Assembly (NCBI GenBank): GCA_000435975.1
Contig: FR884114.1
Location: 12,224 to 76,223, forward strand
Source: Oscillibacter sp. CAG:241
GTDB taxonomy: Bacteria > Bacillota > Clostridia > Oscillospirales > Oscillospiraceae
Direction: 5' to 3'
Length of the DNA stretch: 64,000 nt
The position numbers and the translations under genes are program-made. Position 1 is the first letter of the stretch, and every line of letters starts with the position of its first letter. Under the pieces are notes generated by a model. It made no database searches, had not been told where the DNA came from, and saw only the letters and a list, made by a program, of their open reading frames with translations. Positions 38,518-48,594 of this stretch are shown here, piece after piece.

Positions 38518-40530
38518 TTATGCTGCCCGTTCAAGAGCAGGTGCGTATAGCACATTTTCTTTCCAGCTTTCGATAAACCTCTTCACCTTGGGCGGCGGGA
38601 TAACGTTGTTCTGGATCCTTGCCTGAATGACATCCCCATGCTTCACCTCTACCGTACAATACGGCTTTTTCGGTGCGGACGCTTTTCGGATGAAAAGGAT
38701 CGTGGTATTGTTTTTTACCACATCTTTCACATAGCGTCCGACACAGTGGTGCAGTTTATCGCCCTCCCGTGTGATCTCTTTTGCGGAATGCGGAGGAATA
38801 ACGACAAACCCCATTTGGGTGTATCCGTAACGGTGCTGCAATCCCTCAAACATTTTAGCAATTCTCCGATCATACGCCTGCGACACATCATTCCGGGACA
38901 TATCATTTACCCGGTCATGCTCCGCCTTCAAATCATTCGGAAACAGGACAAAGCTGCTTTTCATATCGTGCTCCAATAGTTCGCACATACAAAGGTAATC
39001 CTTATAGTCGGACATCATCTCACGCATGGAATAATAACCGGGGGCGTAATAAGAGGTCTTTCGGTGTGTGGCAAACTGTTCCGTAGCATACCGCATCAGC
39101 TTATGGGGCGTCATATAGCGCAAGGGAACCGTAATATACGCTTCCTCTCCGATGTCGTTTTTGCTGCACCATTTCATCAGTTCCAGATCCGGTCGGATAT
39201 TATCCCGCAGAAATGCTTTGATCATCGTAAGCTGGTCCGGCCCGGGGTCGATCGTCTGCAAAAGCGGTATATATTTTTTACCGACGCCCAAAACCTCTGT
39301 TACGGTTTTGCCCTTGCTGTTGAGCACGCTGTCGTCATAGAAACGAGCCCCGCCCGTATCGCCGTAAGCAACATAGGTTGCGAGACGATAGAGCTTCAGC
39401 TTTACCAAATACTCCAGCATAGGATAGCGTAAATACTTCTGCAGATACTGCCCGGCATACAAAGGCGTGGGATCTCCTGCATAATATTCCTTCAATGCGG
39501 AATACTGCCACGGCGTTCCTTTCAGTTCACTGTCCAGATTCCGATGATAGAGATAACCGCAGCAGTCTGCCTCAAAATTGTAGTACCACCGGCTGAATAC
39601 CGGCCTGTCACCCGGATGCCACGGTGTAATGCGATCCCGGGAATAACCGTAATAGTAGCTTTCACTGGCTATGATCTTGCTGCCGTCCCATTGAAGAAAC
39701 AACCGTGCGTTTTCATAAACATGAAACTCCGGCGTGTCGCTTTTCGGATAACGGCGGTAGGCTTTTACGAAACGAATGATCATTTCGTTGCTACCCAGCC
39801 GCTGAATAACCTGTGCAGTAGAACGGTCAACTATATATCCGCGGCGCCCACGGCTCTTAAAGGTGATTTTCCTCTTGCAGTGTGGGCAAATGCCTTCGCC
39901 GTTGTGCTTGGCTTCAGCGACCGATACATTATGCTTGCAGGCAGTACAGTATGCGTTTTTCGGCGCTTTTCCCTTGGCATAATCATAGAAGATATAATGC
40001 GGCAGGGTTTCTCTGTGCATAAAGCCTTTGATGTCCCTGGGTAATGCGCCTACCGGTTTCATCCGCTCGATGATCCTGCGCTGCTTTTTCAGTTCATTTT
40101 CCCTTTGTTTTTTCCGCAATAAATCCAACTGAAGCAGGCAGAGGCTTTCAAATCCTTTTTGCTTTTCGGACTGACAATATCTCGTGACCCGTCTCTCGTC
40201 GGCCTGGGAATAGAAAGAGCATTTATCCCTGAAAAAGTAATCCTTTCCGAGATTCTCAAACATAGACTGCTGCCAGCGTGTGCCTTTATCATCGGTGCAT
40301 AAGGTGATATAGCCGCCTTTCTGCTGAAACATTGTCCAGCGAGGGTTATGATTTCCGGCCAGCACACTTTCCTTTGCGTAGATATACAGTACCAGCGTGC
40401 GCTGATGGTCGATATTTTTGATCGCCGTGCGCACCACATACTTCACCTGATCGGCACAGAAGATGCCGTTTTTCGGGTTAGGGCTGCTGCTCGGCATTGC
40501 AAATTTACGCAAGACTCTTTTATTCATCAT
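38518..40530 (-). CDS. PcfJ-like protein
   Basis: C-terminal HSAKEITREGDKLHHCVGRYVKDV..PYCTVEV PcfJ domain. 670 aa. Confidence 0.6.
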   Translation of the reverse strand: MMNKRVLRKFAMPSSSPNPKNGIFCADQVKYVVRTAIKNIDHQRTLVLYIYAKESVLAGNHNPRWTMFQQKGGYITLCTDDKGTRWQQSMFENLGKDYFFRDKCSFYSQADERRVTRYCQSEKQKGFESLCLLQLDLLRKKQRENELKKQRRIIERMKPVGALPRDIKGFMHRETLPHYIFYDYAKGKAPKNAYCTACKHNVSVAEAKHNGEGICPHCKRKITFKSRGRRGYIVDRSTAQVIQRLGSNEMIIRFVKAYRRYPKSDTPEFHVYENARLFLQWDGSKIIASESYYYGYSRDRITPWHPGDRPVFSRWYYNFEADCCGYLYHRNLDSELKGTPWQYSALKEYYAGDPTPLYAGQYLQKYLRYPMLEYLVKLKLYRLATYVAYGDTGGARFYDDSVLNSKGKTVTEVLGVGKKYIPLLQTIDPGPDQLTMIKAFLRDNIRPDLELMKWCSKNDIGEEAYITVPLRYMTPHKLMRYATEQFATHRKTSYYAPGYYSMREMMSDYKDYLCMCELLEHDMKSSFVLFPNDLKAEHDRVNDMSRNDVSQAYDRRIAKMFEGLQHRYGYTQMGFVVIPPHSAKEITREGDKLHHCVGRYVKDVVKNNTTILFIRKASAPKKPYCTVEVKHGDVIQARIQNNVIPPPKVKRFIESWKENVLYAPALERAA

Positions 40531-41282
40531 GCGCCCACCTCAAACAAATTCATCTGCGTGCTATCGTTCGGGAGTTCCTCTGCCGGCGGCTCCTTTTGGG
40601 GGACCGGCTTTTTCTTGTCGGCCTTCTTTTTGGATTTCGGAGCAGGCTTTCCGGGATAGGGCTTCGGAACGAATTTTTCCTCCTTTTCCTTGTCTTCCTC
40701 TGCGTCCATATCCATAAAGTATTCTTCGGCCCAGAGATAGCACATATCATCCGGCACATCACAGCCATAACTGCCTGCAATCGGCTGCTCATCGTTGTCC
40801 TTCATTTCCTGCTCGGCAAATTCCTTGGCCTTGCGGGTAATGTAACGGAAACAACGGATCATGTTCTTGCGGGGGTGCATGACCTGCCGGGCAAACTCCG
40901 GTTCGCTGAGGCACTTCGTCTGGATGTGCTCGGTCACGCATTGCTTCATATTGCGGCGGGTCAGACGCTCGGCATCATCCCCGACACGCTTCATTGAAGC
41001 CATCATGACCTCATCATCGCCCATAGCCACAGCGTTTTCCCAAGCAGCTTGTTCAGCTTCGGCTTTTTCACGCTGTTTTTGCTCCCATTCGGCTTTGCGC
41101 TTGGCTTCGGCCTCCTCGTGAGCACGGCGCGTTTCGTCCTCGGCCGCAGTATCCTGCATTCGCTGAAGCACTTCCTGTGCGGCCGCTGCCTCCGCCTGCT
41201 GTCGCTCATCATCTCGTTGTTCTGCAACAGCAGCCAGGTCGGCGCCTTTCTGCAGTTCCGTATTGTTGGTATCAACACTCAT
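40527..41282 (-). CDS. PcfK-like protein
   Basis: Acidic/Lys-rich 251-aa protein with a CFRYI...GSYGCDVPDD..CYLWAEEYF core. ATGA-coupled to pcfJ. Confidence 0.5.
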   Translation of the reverse strand: MSVDTNNTELQKGADLAAVAEQRDDERQQAEAAAAQEVLQRMQDTAAEDETRRAHEEAEAKRKAEWEQKQREKAEAEQAAWENAVAMGDDEVMMASMKRVGDDAERLTRRNMKQCVTEHIQTKCLSEPEFARQVMHPRKNMIRCFRYITRKAKEFAEQEMKDNDEQPIAGSYGCDVPDDMCYLWAEEYFMDMDAEEDKEKEEKFVPKPYPGKPAPKSKKKADKKKPVPQKEPPAEELPNDSTQMNLFEVGA

Positions 41283-41370
41283 AAAATGTTCCTCCTATAA
41301 AAATAGGGATACAGCGCAGTTTTACCCACGCTGTATCCCATTCTTGACCTATAGCCGTTTCCGGCTGTTC

Positions 41371-43053
41371 CTATTTCTTTGCGAGCATCGGAGAAAACTT
41401 CACCGGACAAAAACCGTCTGTGTCACGGTAGAAATAACGCCGTCCCGTGTCGTCATACAGTTCTATCACATCGGATGGGGCGACGCTCCTGCCTCGGTAA
41501 TCCTTTGGCAAAGCATCACCGAAAAGCTCGGCAATGCGTGTGAGCCGCCCTGTATCACTCGCCGTTTCCTCACAATGCAGCATACCGTCATGTATCAGCC
41601 TGTACTGCGCCGCCGGCGGGTATTCGTGACCTGCTTTTTGCAGTTCCTTTATTCCGACGAAGGCAAAGGGAATGACCTTGTAAAGACTAACATCCAACTG
41701 GTATATCCGAAACCGTTGCTCCTGCCTTTGCGACAGCAACCGATTTTCAAGCTCGTCGGAGCTTCTGACAAACAAAGAATACTCTTCCTCCGTCAGCCCG
41801 AGATATTCGTGCAGCTCACACGCACATTCAGTGCTTTCGTGCCACTGTGCAATATCATCGTCGATCACTTCAAAGTCACAAAGACCGTACATAAATCTTT
41901 GCCTGAAATTCTTCTTGCTATCCTCCTTTGCGTAGGCGTTTCGCTTTAAGGCAAGCTGCCAGTCGTCCACGCCCTTGTAATTCGGATTCCAGTTGAGTCC
42001 ACGGCACACCATGCCGTATTTCCTTGCCAATTCGTGCAGCTTCAAGGCGCCCTTGCAGGCAGCCTCATTCCGGTATTTGTCCATATCCTCCGATTCAATG
42101 ATCGTATGCGTGCCGTTCTCTGCCAGCTCTTTCAGTAGAAGCTCCAGCTGCGCCATATTGTTGACGCCGGCCGTAGCGGCAAAGGAACGGTTCATCAGAT
42201 AATGGGCAATGTCGGATTTCAAAAGCCCTTCCGTCACATAGACAACGCCTGCATTCGGATCACCGACAAAATGCGCCGGGCTTCCGGAGGAGGTGCCTTT
42301 CGGCTTACCGGCAGACGAAAACCAGATGTATTTGGCCCCGTCCTTTTCCGGCGGATCATCCTCATTCTTCAGCGGCACATCCAAACGGATCTGAAAGCCG
42401 CTGATAAGCCCTTGCCATGTCCGTGCAGGGATCATAATGCCGGCGGTAAAGCTGGAGCTGGCAATCGTCCACTGACCGTCCTTTTGATAAAATCCCGGCA
42501 CGCCATCCAGCTGATGCCCGTTTTGCAGAAGCCGGTTTGCCAGTGAACGACACATATAGAAGGGAGGCATAGTCTTGTAGCCCAACCTCTCGATCTGTTC
42601 ATCCGGCAAGCCTCTGACCGTTTGCAGATGCGCACGGTGCTCCTTGGATAGCGTCAGCATAGCAAGAAGTGCGGTATAGGTCTTATGGCGCACGGCAATG
42701 TCGGCAGCAGGCGCAGCTTCGACCGGCGTTTCCTTCGGCTTATCCGGGTACTTGACCGCATGATCCGAAAGGTTTACTCCGTTGAGCAGCGCATCGCTGA
42801 TCTCCCGATAGGCAGTGCTCGTGCTGATGCTATGCACCTTTGCATATAAAGCCAGCATACCGCCGCTTTCATCGCAGTAATTGCACCGCCAGGTATCGGT
42901 CTGCGTGTTGATGTGCATTTTCCCTCGCTTGTCATTACAGATGGGACAATCCACATAAAGCCCTTGCGGGCTCGGCCGCCGTATCCGTAAGTGAAGCAGT
43001 TCCGCCACATCCGTTATGTCGAACGAAAAATCATGCGGCTGGCTCATGAACAA
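41371..43053 (-). CDS. DNA primase (CHC2 zinc finger + Toprim domain)
   Basis: CPICNDKRGKMH...WRCNYCDESGG zinc finger and VVYVTEGLLKSD Toprim motif. Confidence 0.75.
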   Translation of the reverse strand: MFMSQPHDFSFDITDVAELLHLRIRRPSPQGLYVDCPICNDKRGKMHINTQTDTWRCNYCDESGGMLALYAKVHSISTSTAYREISDALLNGVNLSDHAVKYPDKPKETPVEAAPAADIAVRHKTYTALLAMLTLSKEHRAHLQTVRGLPDEQIERLGYKTMPPFYMCRSLANRLLQNGHQLDGVPGFYQKDGQWTIASSSFTAGIMIPARTWQGLISGFQIRLDVPLKNEDDPPEKDGAKYIWFSSAGKPKGTSSGSPAHFVGDPNAGVVYVTEGLLKSDIAHYLMNRSFAATAGVNNMAQLELLLKELAENGTHTIIESEDMDKYRNEAACKGALKLHELARKYGMVCRGLNWNPNYKGVDDWQLALKRNAYAKEDSKKNFRQRFMYGLCDFEVIDDDIAQWHESTECACELHEYLGLTEEEYSLFVRSSDELENRLLSQRQEQRFRIYQLDVSLYKVIPFAFVGIKELQKAGHEYPPAAQYRLIHDGMLHCEETASDTGRLTRIAELFGDALPKDYRGRSVAPSDVIELYDDTGRRYFYRDTDGFCPVKFSPMLAKK

Positions 43054-43083
43054 GCCTCCTTTCTAAAGAAATATCGGTGAATT

Positions 43084-43989
43084 TTAGCTTGCTCTTTGCA
43101 TTTCATCCAAAGACGCCTGCATGATCGTAGCTGCCGCACGAAGAATGTTATCATTGCCGGAATAGCCGTTGATGTACCATTTCAGGCTCGCAGGGCGGCG
43201 GTCAGCCACTTGCGACATCGCCCAGCCCTTGCAGGTGCCGAGAGGCACGATCACATTGCCGGCCTCTTCGTAGGTCATCATAGAGCAGATCTCATCGACC
43301 GGCATATCCGAGGAATAAGTCGGCGCTGCCGTATCGGTATCGGCGGTTTCTTCCTCAGTTTCTTCGCCCTCAGCATCTTCCATAGCAGGAGCAACAGATT
43401 CCATAACCTCTGCGGCAGGAGCTTCTGCAGCGGTTTCCTGAACAACAGGGGCTTCCTGCACAGGCTCGTTGATTACTTCTGTCGCCGCTTCGGCAACCGT
43501 AACCGGCACTTCTGTGGAAACTTGCTCCGCCGTGGCGGGTTCCACTACTGTCGGCTGCTCTTTGACGGTTTCGGCCGCTTTCTCTGCGTTCACTGCAGGT
43601 GCGGCAGCAGAAAACTGTACGCCAAAACCGGCGTCCGATAATGCCTGGTCGATGGCAGCGTGCTGCGCTGACTCGATATACAGACCGCCCGGAGTGGCTT
43701 TCGCCTCTCTCTGGGCAATGAAGCTGGATCTCGGCTGTGCGTCGTTCTTGTCGAAATACACACGCGCCTCGATGATCGCCAGCTGATCCGTAATCTTGAG
43801 GGAGGACAGCTTGATCCTGCCGTTCGGATATTTCAGGCGGAACCAGAGCTTTTTGTATTTGAGGTCAAGAACCTTTTCGCCCTTGGTCGTTCTGCGCAGA
43901 AATTTGAGCGGGTCAAAGCCCTGCACCTTGTTCAGCTCGGAAACCACAGGGACAGATTCATACATCGTTGCACTTTGATTTGTATTCAT
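43084..43989 (-). CDS. hypothetical protein; possible single-strand annealing protein with acidic low-complexity linker
   Basis: N-terminal about 130-aa conserved-looking domain (KLWFRLKYPNGRI...AIIEARVY), an A/E/P/T/V-rich acidic stretch, then a C-terminal domain. Sits between the primase and the helicase and exonuclease genes. Confidence 0.3.
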   Translation of the reverse strand: MNTNQSATMYESVPVVSELNKVQGFDPLKFLRRTTKGEKVLDLKYKKLWFRLKYPNGRIKLSSLKITDQLAIIEARVYFDKNDAQPRSSFIAQREAKATPGGLYIESAQHAAIDQALSDAGFGVQFSAAAPAVNAEKAAETVKEQPTVVEPATAEQVSTEVPVTVAEAATEVINEPVQEAPVVQETAAEAPAAEVMESVAPAMEDAEGEETEEETADTDTAAPTYSSDMPVDEICSMMTYEEAGNVIVPLGTCKGWAMSQVADRRPASLKWYINGYSGNDNILRAAATIMQASLDEMQRAS

Positions 43990-44054
43990 ACGGGAAATCT
44001 CCTTTCATAAATAAACACGAAGCACTCCTGCACTTTTCTGCAAGCCGCTTCGTA

Positions 44055-46301
44055 TCAACTGACCTTTTTCAATTCATTTTGGCGGGTAAAGGCTTTCAGA
44101 TATTTGCCGATACGCTCGCCAAGCTGCGTATTTCGTTTTCCGGTGGCCTTTTTGAGGATCGCCATGATCAGCGCTTTCTTCTGACCGACCGGGATGACTT
44201 GCTCCTTCGCACGGGTGATCGCCGTGTAGACGATGTTCCGATTCAGCATAATGTAATGGCTGCGAAGAATAGGCATGATCACAATATCAAATTCCGAGCC
44301 CATCGCCTTATGTACGGTAGTCGCATAAGCCAGTTCCATATAGCTCATTTCTTCCATACCGTATTCGGCAATACGGTCGCCGGAAAATTCGATCGTCACG
44401 ACCATTTCGTTCTTTGCATTGCGCCCCATTTTGCGAATGTAGCCGATGTCACCGTTGGATGCCTTCGCATTGTTTTTTGTCTGCATCACCTTGTCGCCCA
44501 CACGGAAGTAGTGGCTGCCGACCTTCAGATCGGCAAACTCGTCCCTCGCCGGATTGACAAGCTCTCGGATAGCGGCGTTAAGCTGCTCGACCGAGGCCGG
44601 CCCTTCCGAACGGAACGGAGAGAGTATCTGCACCTTTTCGATTCCGTGCAAAGCGACCTGTTCACAGAAGATCCTGCAGATCAGGTCAGCGGCATCTTCC
44701 TGTGTCTGGCACTTGACAAACTGAAAATCCTCGCCGTACTGAAGGTCGATGTTGGCCTCATTGATGCGCTTTGCATTGTAGGCAATGAGGCTGCCTTTTT
44801 TCTGACGGAAGATCTCATTGAGTACCGTAACGGGGATAAGTCCGCTGTCGATCAGCTCACGGAAGACATCGCCGGCGCCCACGCTTTGCAGCTGGTCCAC
44901 ATCACCGGTCAGGATAACTCTCGTACCCATACGGACACGGCTGAAGAATTGCCTTGCCAGCCACATATCGATCATGGAGCTTTCGTCCACGATGATGAGG
45001 TCGGCATCAAGCGGCTCTTTTTGTTTATCCCTTTGGATCGGCTCACTGTCGCCCAGCAGCCCTAAAAGGCTGTGCAGCGTTTTGGCGTCGTTTCTGCCCG
45101 TGCTTTCTGCCATTCTTCGGCTGGCTCGTCCGGTCGGAGCGGCAAGAAGGATCTTCCCCTTGGGGCAGAGCATCTGAAAGACCTCAATGATCGCCCGCAA
45201 GACTGTGGTTTTACCGGTACCGGGAGAGCCTGTGATGATAGACAGATTACTGCGAAAAGCCATATACACCGCCTCGCTTTGCCTTTGTGAAAGGGCAAGA
45301 CCGAGGTTTTTGCGGACATATTCGAGTGATTCGGATATATCCAGCGTGACCGGCGGTACAGCCAGCATTTCCGCAATTTTCCGGGCGGTTTCATCCTCCT
45401 GCACGAAAACATTGCTCTGATAGATGTTGCCGTTGCTTGAAACGATCTCACCCTTGAGGATCATATCCTGAACAACGGCGTCCACTTCCTCGGGCGTGAC
45501 CTTGACCTGTCCATCGGTAATATTCTCATTGAGCAGCTTCACACCCGTTTTCGCAAGCGCATCTTCTTCCAGAAAAAGATGGCCTTTTTCGTTGCGCCCC
45601 GTATCCAATGCCGCAAATACGGCGCCGTGGATCCGCATAGGAGAATTCAGCGGCAGATCGCCCTTGCGGACGATGGCATCGACTCTCTTAAATCCGAATC
45701 CGGATACCTGGCACAATTCATAGGGGTTCTTTTGCAGAATGTCTACGCTGCGGGAGCCGAAATGCTCATAAATCTTCATGGCCGTTACCGGCGTGACATT
45801 AAATGGGGTCAGCAGGATCATCAGATCCCGCACGCACCGGCTTTCCGCATAGGAGGCTTTGATGTCCTCCAGCTTATCCGGGGTGATTCCTCGAATCTCC
45901 AGCAGTCGCTCCGGCTCGTTTTCCAGCACACGCAATGCGTCGGCACCGAAGCGGTTTACGATCAATGCGGCAGTCTTTTCACCGACGCCTTTGATCAGCC
46001 GGGAGGAAAGATAACCGTATACGCCCTCTTTGGTCTGCGGCACGATCTCCTCGCACTTATCGACCTGCAGCTGAACACCGTGTTTTCCGTTCTCCCATTC
46101 GCCGTCCAGGATCATGCTCACCTTATCGGTTTGAGGCAATTCATACCCGACGGCGATAAACCGGATCATATTGTCCCGGTGACGGTAAGCACTCCGTGCC
46201 TGCTGCGGTACGCTTTGGTCGGAGGTTTTCACGCTGATAATGCAATACTTATTGCTCGGATTATAGAAGATCGTCCGGTCATAAGTCCCGACATACCCCA
46301 C
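44055..46301 (-). CDS. RecD-like SF1 DNA helicase
   Basis: HhH N-terminus, Walker A GSPGTGKTT, helicase motifs and C-terminal SH3-like region. GTG start with AAAGGAG RBS. Confidence 0.85.
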   Translation of the reverse strand: MGYVGTYDRTIFYNPSNKYCIISVKTSDQSVPQQARSAYRHRDNMIRFIAVGYELPQTDKVSMILDGEWENGKHGVQLQVDKCEEIVPQTKEGVYGYLSSRLIKGVGEKTAALIVNRFGADALRVLENEPERLLEIRGITPDKLEDIKASYAESRCVRDLMILLTPFNVTPVTAMKIYEHFGSRSVDILQKNPYELCQVSGFGFKRVDAIVRKGDLPLNSPMRIHGAVFAALDTGRNEKGHLFLEEDALAKTGVKLLNENITDGQVKVTPEEVDAVVQDMILKGEIVSSNGNIYQSNVFVQEDETARKIAEMLAVPPVTLDISESLEYVRKNLGLALSQRQSEAVYMAFRSNLSIITGSPGTGKTTVLRAIIEVFQMLCPKGKILLAAPTGRASRRMAESTGRNDAKTLHSLLGLLGDSEPIQRDKQKEPLDADLIIVDESSMIDMWLARQFFSRVRMGTRVILTGDVDQLQSVGAGDVFRELIDSGLIPVTVLNEIFRQKKGSLIAYNAKRINEANIDLQYGEDFQFVKCQTQEDAADLICRIFCEQVALHGIEKVQILSPFRSEGPASVEQLNAAIRELVNPARDEFADLKVGSHYFRVGDKVMQTKNNAKASNGDIGYIRKMGRNAKNEMVVTIEFSGDRIAEYGMEEMSYMELAYATTVHKAMGSEFDIVIMPILRSHYIMLNRNIVYTAITRAKEQVIPVGQKKALIMAILKKATGKRNTQLGERIGKYLKAFTRQNELKKVS

Positions 46302-46368
46302 GGTTCACCACTCCTTTCTCGTTTTCTTTCTGTGCATCGTTTTTCATCTGCACCATCCTTTCTTCCGT

Positions 46369-47424
46369 TTATGCCGCCTCGTCATATTTGCGCTTTACAT
46401 AGAAGCGGCGGCTTTCCGATACCGTCACATAATCCTCGTAAATATCGGGATGTTGTGCTTTCAGCCGTATCAGCCCTTCCTTGCCGATGTCGGGCTTTCT
46501 CGTAGGCTTGTAGCTGATGGAATAGAAAACGCCGCCGCTGTTTGCCGTAGCCGTGCAGCTTCGTCCCATTTCCGCTACAATGCGCCCTTGCAGCCGTTTC
46601 ATCTCGTTTTCGACCCGCTTGACCAAACGGTTCAATTCCGACTTTTCCGCCTGCAGCTCGGTATAGCGCACCAGACTGCTTGCCAGCGGCACGCTCAGCT
46701 CGATCTCAGGGGCGTTTTCGTCGGCAGGGCCGAAGTGACGCCGAACGCTTTCAAGCGTCAGCTCACCGTCCTCTGTGTACGGCGGCGGTGTCTGTGTCAG
46801 AACATGGTCGTTCCAGAAGTTGCCCTCCAGAGCGATCATTTCCGCCTCGTAATCCGGGTCACGCTCAATGTGCCGGATGATAACTTCATTTTCGTTGTTG
46901 CCGTAAAGGCAGCAGAAGTACACCTCATCCATATTCATCACGCACATATAATGGCGGCCCTGGATCTCGTAGTTGACGGGAACGATCTCCTGTCCGTCGC
47001 ACCACCAATGATCCTTTGCGTTGTAGTTTGTGGTCTTGATCTCAAGGATCGCCGTTTTGCCGTTTGGCAATCGGATGAAGTAATCAATGTCTGCCAGCAT
47101 ATAGGTGTAGACCGGGTGATAAAACATCTTCTTCACCTGATAGATCTCAAAACCTGTTTTCACATGGAAAATCTCAGCGACCAGATCCTCAAGCAAATGC
47201 CCAACCTTCTTTTGCACCCAGTTGCTTTCGCCGTCCTCATACGATACGACTTTGAGTTTGTCGTAGTAGAGGTCGCGGGCGGTCGCAAATGGGGACACAC
47301 CTAAAATGGCAGCGGCGTCACTTCCGCCGATCCCTCTGCGGCGATATTCCAGCCATTCCTCCTCCGGCAGATCTGCCGTGTCAACCAAAACCAGCGGTTC
47401 GTAGGTACTCGTTGTATTCGGCAT
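46369..47424 (-). CDS. YqaJ-like PD-(D/E)XK viral-type exonuclease
   Basis: RRRGIGGSDAAAILGVSPF YqaJ motif. ATG 47424 with GAGGTG RBS. Confidence 0.8.
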   Translation of the reverse strand: MPNTTSTYEPLVLVDTADLPEEEWLEYRRRGIGGSDAAAILGVSPFATARDLYYDKLKVVSYEDGESNWVQKKVGHLLEDLVAEIFHVKTGFEIYQVKKMFYHPVYTYMLADIDYFIRLPNGKTAILEIKTTNYNAKDHWWCDGQEIVPVNYEIQGRHYMCVMNMDEVYFCCLYGNNENEVIIRHIERDPDYEAEMIALEGNFWNDHVLTQTPPPYTEDGELTLESVRRHFGPADENAPEIELSVPLASSLVRYTELQAEKSELNRLVKRVENEMKRLQGRIVAEMGRSCTATANSGGVFYSISYKPTRKPDIGKEGLIRLKAQHPDIYEDYVTVSESRRFYVKRKYDEAA

Positions 47425-48345
47425 ATTATGCACCTCGATTCTGAGGCTGATAAAGCCTTGTGTGAGGGACATATACCGTTTTCAGCGGGTACTTTGCAAG
47501 CTTTCTTGCCTCCTTTCTTTTCACCTGCTGCTTGAACACAGCAGGTCTGGACACGCTTCTGTGCGAGTGCCGATGGGTTCGTCTTTTCATTCGGTTTCCG
47601 CCTTTCTAAAATGTATTCCAAAAGCACGAAGGCTTTTTGGGCATAAAAAAAGCGAGAACAACAGCCGATGCCTTTTCAGGCATTCATGTCCGTAATGAAT
47701 TACGAACAGGCGTCATTCTCGCAGAGGATATAAATATCCTTAAAAAATAAAAAATGCCAGTACATAACTGGCCTCACGGCACAGTTATACTACTGACATA
47801 CTGCAAACTTAACGATATGTGCAATGCAGAAACTTACTGCCGGTCCTTACGGACAACGCACAAAAATCAATTACAGAAAAAGTATAGCACAATATATCGT
47901 GTTTGTCAAGAATTTAGAAACTATATATAGTTGTGCGGACGGTAATACGGAAAAGGAGATTTTGCTTTTTTGAATCTTGATTGCAGAAAAGGCGGGTATG
48001 CCTCCGTGTTTATTAGTGAACGGATAGAGGAAGAAGCTCTATCCGCTTATGCACCTTGAAAACCGAATATCCTTCCGCTGGGAGTTATACAGGATCTGCG
48101 GACAGTATGCCACAATGATCGATTCGGAGCGTGCCCACAGAAGAATTGCCGCATAGCGGCAGCCTGCCAATACGCGGCTGAAATGGGCGCAGGAAATGGC
48201 CCGGCGGACAGGCGTTTTTAATTTGAACACAAACTAAATATAAATATATGCGGACAGCCCCACACGGGATCTTTTGCGAAAAGTAGTATAATGACAATAT
48301 CGCAAGGATACTCCATTGCTGCAGGCTGTCAGAAAGGAGGAAAAC
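47425..48345. other. 0.9-kb non-coding control region of the element (divergent promoters, hairpins; candidate ori/oriT)
   Basis: No ORF of 60 aa or more. Rightward TTGTCA-17-TATAGT promoter near 47900. Hairpins GCCAGT-acata-ACTGGC (47757-47773), GGATAGAG-gaagaag-CTCTATCC (48014-48036) and GCCGC-ata-GCGGC (48143-48155). A 54-codon Lys/Arg-rich ORF at 47590-47429 (minus) overlaps the exonuclease start. Confidence 0.4.
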
Positions 48346-48546
48346 ATGGCGGAATACAAACCGACAGCATTACAGACGAGCAAAAGATACTTGACAGCAA
48401 CGGATGTTGCCGAATTACTCGGTGTTTCCCGCAGTACGGCATACCGCATTATCAAGCGGCTTAACAGTGAACTGGAAAAAGCCGGAAAGCTGACTGTGGC
48501 GGGCAAGGTATCTGCCAAATATTTTTACGAGAATACCTACCTGTAA
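48346..48546 (+). CDS. xis: excisionase / Xis-type HTH DNA-binding protein
   Basis: YLTATDVAELLGVSRSTAYRII HTH motif, 66 aa, AGGAGG RBS, immediately upstream of the integrase. Confidence 0.7.
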   Translation: MAEYKPTALQTSKRYLTATDVAELLGVSRSTAYRIIKRLNSELEKAGKLTVAGKVSAKYFYENTYL

Positions 48547-48594
48547 GTGACGAGGGAAACCGTATCCGGGCGATGAAACTTTTACAGATCGGAG

